NCBI GenBank assembly: GCA_963650865.1
Contig: CAVJMM010000002.1
Location: 700-64,699, forward strand
Source of the DNA: Eubacterium sp. AM49-13BH
Lineage (GTDB): Bacteria > Bacillota_I > Bacilli_A > Erysipelotrichales > Erysipelotrichaceae
DNA length: 64,000 bases
Reading direction: 5' to 3'
Shown: positions 9,869-15,988 of the stretch, one piece after another
Position numbering within the stretch: position 1 is the first letter of the stretch
Layout of the letters: every line of letters begins with the position of its first letter
The notes under the pieces: generated by a model
Databases searched by the model: none
Told to the model about the DNA's origin: nothing
What the model saw: only the letters and a program-made list of their open reading frames with translations
Program-made: the position numbers and the translations under genes

Positions 9869-10504
9869 ATGAATTATAGAGAATTCTTTCATTTATTAAA
9901 AACAGCTAATAACATCGAAGAGATTAAACAATATCAATCAGAAATTATTCGATTGATACCACAATATGAATCTATGATTCAATATGATCAAAACAATCAT
10001 TACCATCAATATGATTTAGATGATCATTCCTTGCATACCGTTTTAAATCTACCAAGAAATCTAGATGATGATATATTGTATCTAGCTGCTTTGATTCATG
10101 ATATTGGTAAACCAATTGCGAGATGTAAAGGAAAACATGAAGGGGATACTGAAAGTCATTATTATGGTCATCCTGAAATTAGTTATGAGATTACAAGAGA
10201 TTCTATTCTTCCATATATGTTAGAACATGGTGCATCATTAACAGAAGAAGAACAAGAACGTTTATTATATTATGTACTCCATCATGATGATCATATGTCA
10301 TTAAGAATCAAACATTTAAAAGAACATTTAAAGCTTGTTGATTTTGAAACGTTTCAGAAATTGATGTTATTAGAAGTTGCTGATGCTAGAGCACATGTAT
10401 TACTTCCAGTCATCGTGTCTAGAATTGATATTTGTTCACAATGGGCAGGAGCATATGGAAGAGAAAAATATCATGAATTATTACAAGAAAAAAGAGTCAA
10501 CTGA
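9869..10504 (+). CDS. HD domain-containing phosphohydrolase
   Basis: H...HD motif (LAALIHDIGKP) plus downstream HHDDH. AAAGGAG at 9857-9863 supports the ATG at 9869 rather than the GTG at 9854. Confidence 0.7.
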   Translation: MNYREFFHLLKTANNIEEIKQYQSEIIRLIPQYESMIQYDQNNHYHQYDLDDHSLHTVLNLPRNLDDDILYLAALIHDIGKPIARCKGKHEGDTESHYYGHPEISYEITRDSILPYMLEHGASLTEEEQERLLYYVLHHDDHMSLRIKHLKEHLKLVDFETFQKLMLLEVADARAHVLLPVIVSRIDICSQWAGAYGREKYHELLQEKRVN

Positions 10505-11018
10505 ATGACTCTTTTGCTTTGGTGTCTATATCGATATAAATATTTTGATAGTTTGTAAAATCATTTGTTTTAATAGAACGATACATATTTTTAAGTGTAT
10601 CTAATTGTAATACTTGTTTCCAATCTACTAAGTCATCTGTATTACTATATTTTTTACAGATTTCTGAGATTTGTGTTTCTAATGTATTCAATAACAAACT
10701 ATCTCGTTCTCTTTTCGCAAATGCATCCAAATATGTTTCAACAATATCATATGCTTTGATATCTTTTCCTTCTATTTTTAATACGATGGAATCGTATTGA
10801 GAACTATCTTTCCATGCGGAAGAATCAGAATATGCGACGATTTGCCAATCATAGTTTGAATAATCAGAAGATTTACGATCTTGTAAATAAGTATGTGTTG
10901 ATTTAAACACAACATCAAAACCTGTATTATCATATAGACATACATAATTAGATTCACCACATTTTTCCATCATTGCATATCCAATTGGTTTTGGTTTTCG
11001 CACTACTTTTCTTCTCAT
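10497..11018 (-). CDS. Hypothetical protein
   Basis: 173-aa ORF convergent with the HD gene. The 3' ends overlap by 8 nt. No recognisable motif. Confidence 0.4.
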   Translation of the reverse strand: MRRKVVRKPKPIGYAMMEKCGESNYVCLYDNTGFDVVFKSTHTYLQDRKSSDYSNYDWQIVAYSDSSAWKDSSQYDSIVLKIEGKDIKAYDIVETYLDAFAKRERDSLLLNTLETQISEICKKYSNTDDLVDWKQVLQLDTLKNMYRSIKTNDFTNYQNIYIDIDTKAKESFS

Positions 11019-11090
11019 GTCTATAGTATAAAAAGTAACGGTGATATTTTGGTTATATCATAGAAATTTGTGAAAAAATGAAAAGAATTT

Positions 11091-11912
11091 TCAAGAAAAA
11101 CGATAACCTTGTATTCCTTTGACATCAGAAAGAATCATGAATACATGAGGATCAATTTCTGTAATTGTTTTTTGTACATCTTTTAGTTTGGATAATGGAA
11201 GTGCACAAAGAAGGACTTCGGTTGGTTTATTGGTATAACCATGCTTACTTTCAAGAAGTGTTAATCCAATATCATTTTCTTTTAAAAGAACTTCTCTCAT
11301 TTCTTGAGATACGTCAGTAATAATGAGTAGTTGTACCAAAGAAGTCCCTTTCAATAACATGTTGTGTAATACAAATGTGGATACGAGGATTGCAGTCAAT
11401 CCATAAAGAATTTCCTCTTTTGTATGAAATGGAATTTGTAGTAAAACAATACAAAGATCAATTCCGTTGACAACATAAGATAAATTCCATTTTGTTTTTT
11501 TATGAATGAATAAAGCTAAGATATCAAATCCACCAGTACTTCCATCACTATTCAAAATGAGTCCAATGCCCCATCCCATACAACATCCACCAATGACAGA
11601 GGCAAAGAAGATATCTTCCACCAGAGGATGGAAAAAGGATAATGTATTGAAAATAGAAAAAAGAAATGGAAATAAAATAGATGATAATAAAGTTTTCATC
11701 GCAAAATCTTTTCCAAAACAAAATGTTCCAAATAAAAATAATACGATTGTAATTCCATACACATAGAAATTTAAAGAAATTGGTACGATTTCATTCAAAA
11801 CACTAGAAAAACCAGAAATACCACCTAATAAAACATGATGGTCTAATAAAAATACACTGATACCAAGTGCTAATAGAATGTTTCCTAAAATCATCATAAC
11901 GAATTTTTTCAT
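11091..11912 (-). CDS. YitT family membrane protein (DUF2179 C-terminal domain)
   Basis: Several TM helices with repeated GG(I/F)SG / STGG motifs (LLGGISGFSS, DGSTGGFDIL), followed by a soluble C-terminal domain. This is the typical YitT layout. Confidence 0.7.
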   Translation of the reverse strand: MKKFVMMILGNILLALGISVFLLDHHVLLGGISGFSSVLNEIVPISLNFYVYGITIVLFLFGTFCFGKDFAMKTLLSSILFPFLFSIFNTLSFFHPLVEDIFFASVIGGCCMGWGIGLILNSDGSTGGFDILALFIHKKTKWNLSYVVNGIDLCIVLLQIPFHTKEEILYGLTAILVSTFVLHNMLLKGTSLVQLLIITDVSQEMREVLLKENDIGLTLLESKHGYTNKPTEVLLCALPLSKLKDVQKTITEIDPHVFMILSDVKGIQGYRFS

Positions 11913-11965
11913 GCCTTTTCTCCCTTTTTTTCAAGGAAAAATATATACTGTTTATGAGAGAAAAT

Positions 11966-11983
11966 TTGTAGCCTATACTACAA
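11966..11983. promoter_or_regulatory. Perfect inverted repeat TTGTAG-N6-CTACAA, candidate Crp/Fnr-family operator
   Basis: The sequence TTGTAGCCTATACTACAA lies 13 nt upstream of the crp-family ATG, in the divergent intergenic region. Its 5-6-5 geometry resembles CRP-type sites (TGTGA-N6-TCACA). Confidence 0.35.
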
Positions 11984-11995
11984 AAATAGAAAGTT

Positions 11996-12676
11996 ATGAC
12001 AAAATTGAATGAGGAATTCTTAACGATTGTTAAGAAATATGGTGTTGAAAAGAAATATCAAAAGAATGAAATGATTTATCGTACATATGATGATGCGAAT
12101 GATATTTTTGTTGTGCAAAAGGGTAGAATCAGAACATACGCAATAACCAAAGATGGTCAAGAAGTGACTTATGAAATATTAGCAAAAGGAAAGATCTTTG
12201 GAGAAACAAGTTTATTGAATCAAGGGAAAAGACCAGTATATGCAAGTGCAGTTGTAGATACGATCTTATTACAGATATCCAAGAAAGATGTAGAAGAATT
12301 AATTATGCAGTATCCTGCATTTAGTATGGCATTTATTAAAATGATTGCGGAAACGAATGTATATTTATGTGATCGTTTAAGAAATAATCAAGATTATAAT
12401 CGCTATCAAAAAGTAATTTATTTTTTGTTGGATACAACAAAAGAAGATGCAGTGGATAAAGAAATTTCACATGGTGTTTTACCATATACACATGAAGATA
12501 TCGCAAATTGTGTGCAGTTAAATAGAGTTACGGTTTCTAGAGTGTTGAATGAATTAGAAAAGAAGGGATATATTCGAATGAAGTATAAGAAGATACAAGT
12601 TTTAAAGAGAAAAGAATTAGAAGAAGAGTACTTGTCAATAACCCACGGTCCAAGGACCAGTGGGCTTGAGGTGTAA
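11996..12676 (+). CDS. Crp/Fnr family transcriptional regulator, with 3' end running into the inserted element
   Basis: cNMP-binding-like beta-barrel (GRIRTYAITKDGQEVTYEIL...IFGE) and C-terminal HTH (EDIANCVQLNRVTVSRVLNELEKKGYI). The last roughly 12 codons (..ITHGPRTSGLEV*) are read from the GC-rich left-end hairpin of the insertion. Confidence 0.8.
   Translation: MTKLNEEFLTIVKKYGVEKKYQKNEMIYRTYDDANDIFVVQKGRIRTYAITKDGQEVTYEILAKGKIFGETSLLNQGKRPVYASAVVDTILLQISKKDVEELIMQYPAFSMAFIKMIAETNVYLCDRLRNNQDYNRYQKVIYFLLDTTKEDAVDKEISHGVLPYTHEDIANCVQLNRVTVSRVLNELEKKGYIRMKYKKIQVLKRKELEEEYLSITHGPRTSGLEV
12642..12664 (+). repeat. Left-end (LE) subterminal imperfect hairpin
   Basis: CCCACGGTCCAAGGACCAGTGGG has arms CCCACGGTC / GACC(A)GTGGG with one bulged A. 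It matches 14348-14370 except at two positions that face each other at the top of the stem. Confidence 0.7.
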
Positions 12677-12975
12677 ACCTTAAGCTCGGTTGATAAGCCT
12701 CAGTGCCTGTCGACAGGCAGACACTACGTTATCCAAGAATGTCCGCTCCAGCGGACAGGGATAGGTACCAAGGGATACTTCACTAGTCCCTTGCTCTACG
12801 GTATTGCATTAAACATCTCTGAGGGTAGGAGAAGTGTGTAATACATCAAACCTTGGATAACATTGGCGAAGTGAACTACCCGCGTTATGCGGAGAAGCTA
12901 CATCTTTGAATGTAGAAGGCGTAAGCCAGTGCCGAAAGGCACACATAACTACGACAGTAGTAGAAAGGAGGCACC
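12642..12975 (+). ncRNA. Candidate IscB omegaRNA (HEARO-type structured RNA). The 5' guide is expected at or just left of this span.
   Basis: A GC-rich non-coding stretch directly upstream of iscB. It has many perfect local stems: 12704-12719, 12740-12757, 12769-12793, 12880-12892, 12898-12915, and 12929-12942 with a GAAA loop. A 10-bp long-range helix pairs 12728-12737 with 12852-12861. The ORFs here are short and lack an RBS. Confidence 0.65.
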
Positions 12976-12977
12976 AT

Positions 12978-14327
12978 ATGATGGTTGCAGTGTTGAGTTC
13001 TACAGGCATCAGATTGATGCCAATATCCTGCTACAAAGCAAGACGACTACTCAAGAAAGGGAAAGCTGAAATCGTGCAGTACAGACCTTTCACAATTAAA
13101 TTAACTCAACGAAGCACAGGAAATACTCAGCCTATTGAGTATTGCTGCGATACAGGATATCAACATATCGGAATTTCTATCAAATCTGAAAAGCATGAAT
13201 ATGTTGGAATCCAAGTGGATTCTCTCAAGGATGAGAAATCCAAACACAAGGATTGCTTAGTTTACAGACGTACTAGACGCAATCGTAAAAGATACAGAAA
13301 GCCTAGATTCAACAACCGTAAGGCTTCCAAACCAGAAGGATGGTTAGCACCAAGTATCGAGCACAAGAAAGCTATCCATCTGTATTGGATTAAGAAGTAC
13401 ATGGCAGTTATGCCTATTACAAATATTACATTTGAGATGGGTGAATTCGATACACAGTTGCTTAAGGAAATCGAGGAAGGAAAGCCAATTCCTGTTGGCA
13501 CAGATTACCAACATGGTGAACGCTACGGTATTGAAACACTTAGAAGTGCAGTATTTGCACGAGACAACTACACATGCCAGTGTTGTGGTAGTACAAAAGG
13601 ACCGTTTTGTGTACATCATGTAGTACCACGGAGTGAAGGCGGTACAAACAGAATGTCAAACCTAGCTACAGTGTGTACAGGTTGCCATACACCACCAAAT
13701 CACAAATACGGTGGTAAGTTGTGGAAGCTCAAGCAAGATTGGCATCCATTACAGTTTAAAGGTGCAACCTTTATGACTTCTGTTAGATGGCAGATGCTTG
13801 ATGCACTCAAAGAAGAGCTCCATGATGCAAGGATTCATTTGACATACGGCGCTACTACTAAAGGTGCTAGAAGAATCCTACATATGCAGAAGTCACACAT
13901 TAACGATGCGTATTGTATGGGAATGTTTCATCCAAAACATCGCACTCCACACTATCTGTACTCTAAAAAACGTAGAAACAACAGAATTCTCTCTAAGTTC
14001 TACGATGCAAAGTACATCGATAGTAGAGATGGCTCTAAAAAGTCTGGTCAGCAGTTGTTCAATGGTAGAACAAAGAGAAACCACGATTTAGATACCGAAA
14101 ACTTGCATGTATACCGGGCAAAGAAAGTATCTAAAGGTAGAACTTCTGTTAGAAAGAAACACTATCCAATACAACCAGGTGACTGTTTGTATGCAAATGG
14201 TAAATATGTAATCACCAATGGTTGCCATAATAATGGCACCAGGGTCTTATGCAATGGCAAATCCATTGCAGTCAAAAATGTATGCTTGCACAAATATGCA
14301 GGAGGATATACATATGTCAAATTATAA
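12978..14327 (+). CDS. iscB: IscB RNA-guided endonuclease (PLMP, split RuvC, bridge helix, HNH, C-terminal TAM-interacting-like domain), 449 aa
   Basis: AAAGGAGG at 12964-12971 precedes the ATG at 12978. RLMP at residues 12-15. RuvC-I CCDTGYQHIGISI (D58). Arg-rich YRRTRRNRKRYRKPRFNNRK. RuvC-II ITFEMGEFD (E153). HNH CQCCGS..VHHVVPRSEGGTNRMSNLATVCTGCH. RuvC-III KSHINDAYCM (H307, D310). Confidence 0.9.
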   Translation: MMVAVLSSTGIRLMPISCYKARRLLKKGKAEIVQYRPFTIKLTQRSTGNTQPIEYCCDTGYQHIGISIKSEKHEYVGIQVDSLKDEKSKHKDCLVYRRTRRNRKRYRKPRFNNRKASKPEGWLAPSIEHKKAIHLYWIKKYMAVMPITNITFEMGEFDTQLLKEIEEGKPIPVGTDYQHGERYGIETLRSAVFARDNYTCQCCGSTKGPFCVHHVVPRSEGGTNRMSNLATVCTGCHTPPNHKYGGKLWKLKQDWHPLQFKGATFMTSVRWQMLDALKEELHDARIHLTYGATTKGARRILHMQKSHINDAYCMGMFHPKHRTPHYLYSKKRRNNRILSKFYDAKYIDSRDGSKKSGQQLFNGRTKRNHDLDTENLHVYRAKKVSKGRTSVRKKHYPIQPGDCLYANGKYVITNGCHNNGTRVLCNGKSIAVKNVCLHKYAGGYTYVKL

Positions 14328-14347
14328 GAAAGGAGACGGCGTTTCCT

Positions 14348-14370
14348 CCCACGGTCTAAAGACCAGTGGG
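14348..14370 (+). repeat. Right-end (RE) subterminal imperfect hairpin
   Basis: CCCACGGTCTAAAGACCAGTGGG lies 21 nt after the iscB stop. It has the same arms and bulged A as the LE hairpin. C/G in LE is replaced by T/A at the two facing positions. Confidence 0.7.
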
Positions 14371-14397
14371 TTTCCACGCCGAAAGTTTTATGAAAAA

Positions 14398-14417
14398 ATG
14401 GGAACCTGAGTTCCCAT
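14398..14417. terminator. Hairpin terminator at the 3' end of the convergent alpha-galactosidase gene
   Basis: ATGGGAAC-CTGA-GTTCCCAT is a perfect 8-bp stem preceded by AAAAAA on the + strand. It overlaps the stop of the minus-strand gene at 14417-14419. Confidence 0.55.
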
Positions 14418-15988
14418 TAGAGGATGCTTGTATCACAAGTGTATGTATTTGTTTTGCCATCTAGATCATACTGGATAGTGAGTATTTTATCATACATGTT
14501 TGTATGAATATTTGTAGCCGTTGATAAATGACGATAGTGATGGTATTTGTCAATTTGATCAGATGTATAGTTAGATGGATTATCACTTGTTAAGAATACA
14601 CCACCTAATAATGCATCGATCGTAATTAACATTTCTTTTTGTTGTTCTGTTAATTTTAGGTTTTCATCTCTTAAGAAAAATACATCAGGATCAGATAGAT
14701 AAGCTCTTGTATTGATCTGTCTTCTGAAGATTGTATTAGCTAAAGAGTGTTTTGTGGATACGCGTTCTCTATGAAATAAACGCATATACCAAACATCATT
14801 CCAATCTAGTCCTACATCACATCCTACACGATTGTATTCGAAGATACCAAGTGTTGAACAAAATGGAACACCGCAACCTAATATTGGATGATCTTTACAG
14901 AGCTCTTTTAAGAATAGAATTGCCCGTTTCATTTTATGTGCTCTTGATTCGGATTCAGTTCCAAATGGAGCTGCAGCGTATAAGAAATCTAATTTCACAA
15001 GATCAAAATTCCATTCATTAAAGATTTGATCAAAAACATCTTTTAGATATTGGATTACTTCAGGATGATCAATATCTAATGCATAGGCACCATCCCAATT
15101 ACATCCAACAAACCATGGTTCCCCATTAACTTTTAATAACCAATCTGGATGTTCTTTTACAAGTTTGGAATGAACAGACGCAAGAAATGGTGAAACCCAA
15201 ATACCTGCTTTGAAATGTGCTTGATGAATTCGATCCGTTTCATAGCGTAATCCATGAGGAAACTTAGCAGAATCATATTCTAACCAATCCCCCGTGCATG
15301 GTTGCCATCCATCATCGATTTGGAATAAATCATTTTCTTGAAGAATGATTTTACATCCTTCTAAATCTTCTTGGATTGTATCTGTGGATATATTTTCATA
15401 ATGGTTATACCAACTTGAATATCCATATAACTTAGGTCGTGTTTGTTTTGGAATGTTCATTGCGTTGAACCATCCATCAAATACTTCTTGTTCACTGCCA
15501 ATTTGTTCATAAATATCAAAGATTGTATATGTTCCATCAAACGTTACACCTTCACAGTCTTTTTCAATTGTGAGTGTATTATTTTTATAGTTGAAGATTG
15601 TATATCCTAGATCTTCATTGATGGATGCAAGTAAATGATATTTGTTACCTTTTCGAAGATACATGTATGTATATCCATGAAAGATTCCTTTGTGTTTTGG
15701 ATATGCATGAAAATGATAGTCACCATATCGATCAAAATGATATTGATCAATTAATTTTTGAGGGACATGTTGTAGACCTCTGAAAGAATCAGATATTTTC
15801 ATTTCTTTATTGTATGTCCATGTTTGATAACCATTGAAGAATAGATAATCTGTAGTAGAAACTTCTAATGAAGTGGTAGCTTTGATAGATTGAATTGTTC
15901 CGTGGATTTCTTCTGTGATATTTTGAAGCGTATCAGTTGTATATTCAATTGTTTGTATATCTGTTTGAATTTGTATTTTCCAAGTCAT
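14417..15988 (-). CDS. Alpha-galactosidase-like glycoside hydrolase (GH36/melibiase family)
   Basis: FQIDDGWQ motif and KLDF nucleophile-region motif typical of the melibiase fold. The gene sits in an operon with a GPH sugar symporter. Confidence 0.7.
   Translation of the reverse strand: MTWKIQIQTDIQTIEYTTDTLQNITEEIHGTIQSIKATTSLEVSTTDYLFFNGYQTWTYNKEMKISDSFRGLQHVPQKLIDQYHFDRYGDYHFHAYPKHKGIFHGYTYMYLRKGNKYHLLASINEDLGYTIFNYKNNTLTIEKDCEGVTFDGTYTIFDIYEQIGSEQEVFDGWFNAMNIPKQTRPKLYGYSSWYNHYENISTDTIQEDLEGCKIILQENDLFQIDDGWQPCTGDWLEYDSAKFPHGLRYETDRIHQAHFKAGIWVSPFLASVHSKLVKEHPDWLLKVNGEPWFVGCNWDGAYALDIDHPEVIQYLKDVFDQIFNEWNFDLVKLDFLYAAAPFGTESESRAHKMKRAILFLKELCKDHPILGCGVPFCSTLGIFEYNRVGCDVGLDWNDVWYMRLFHRERVSTKHSLANTIFRRQINTRAYLSDPDVFFLRDENLKLTEQQKEMLITIDALLGGVFLTSDNPSNYTSDQIDKYHHYRHLSTATNIHTNMYDKILTIQYDLDGKTNTYTCDTSIL

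Larger units (their letters stand above)
12642..14370 (+). mobile_element. Non-autonomous IS200/IS605-type OMEGA element (omegaRNA + iscB, no tnpA). Coordinates are hairpin to hairpin, and true ends lie a few nt further out.
   Basis: Near-identical imperfect hairpins in direct orientation at 12642-12664 and 14348-14370 bracket a GC-richer block. My counts are 32/60 G+C at 12661-12720 and 28/60 at 13621-13680, against 15/60 at 12001-12060. The block holds a structured non-coding leader and an IscB-like ORF. No Y1 transposase ORF is in the window. Confidence 0.7.

Noticed and set aside
12906-12977. The ORF-track start of the IscB ORF at 12906, which gives a 473-aa model beginning MNVEGVSQCRKAHITTTVVERRHH
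   Set aside because: There is no RBS before 12906, and these 24 codons run through the CTACAT/ATGTAG and GTGCC-GAAA-GGCAC hairpins. AAAGGAGG at 12964-12971 sits at ideal distance from the ATG at 12978, and the PLMP-like motif then falls at residues 12-15 as in IscB proteins.
12809-13069. Short ORFs 12809-13009 (-) and 12887-13069 (+) over the leader region
   Set aside because: They overlap each other and the iscB start, have no RBS and show no recognisable protein features. The region is better explained as structured RNA.
13575-13688. Interpretation of the ORF as a simple free-standing HNH homing endonuclease or a group II intron ORF
   Set aside because: The HNH motif is embedded between RuvC-II (E153) and RuvC-III (H307/D310) motifs, with RuvC-I (D58) and an Arg-rich helix upstream. 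No reverse-transcriptase motifs are present.
13262-14091. Antisense and out-of-frame ORFs inside iscB (13262-13501, 13344-13619, 13432-13623, 13864-14091, 13893-14084)
   Set aside because: These are shadow ORFs within a well-supported coding frame. They are short, low-complexity or Cys/Leu-rich artefacts.
12642-14370. Possibility that this is a miniature CRISPR-Cas9 locus or a CRISPR array
   Set aside because: The hairpin repeat occurs only twice, 1.7 kb apart, with no repeat-spacer periodicity. No cas1, cas2 or tracr-like layout is present. The nuclease is only 449 aa and lacks a REC lobe. This fits IscB rather than Cas9.
14162-14409. ORFs 14162-14377 (-) and 14218-14409 (+) crossing the iscB 3' end and the RE hairpin
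   Set aside because: Both overlap iscB and the repeat and have no RBS. Only the last few codons of the + ORF (KFYEKMGT*) are of interest, as a possible displaced Crp tail. That point is covered in a finding, not treated as a gene.
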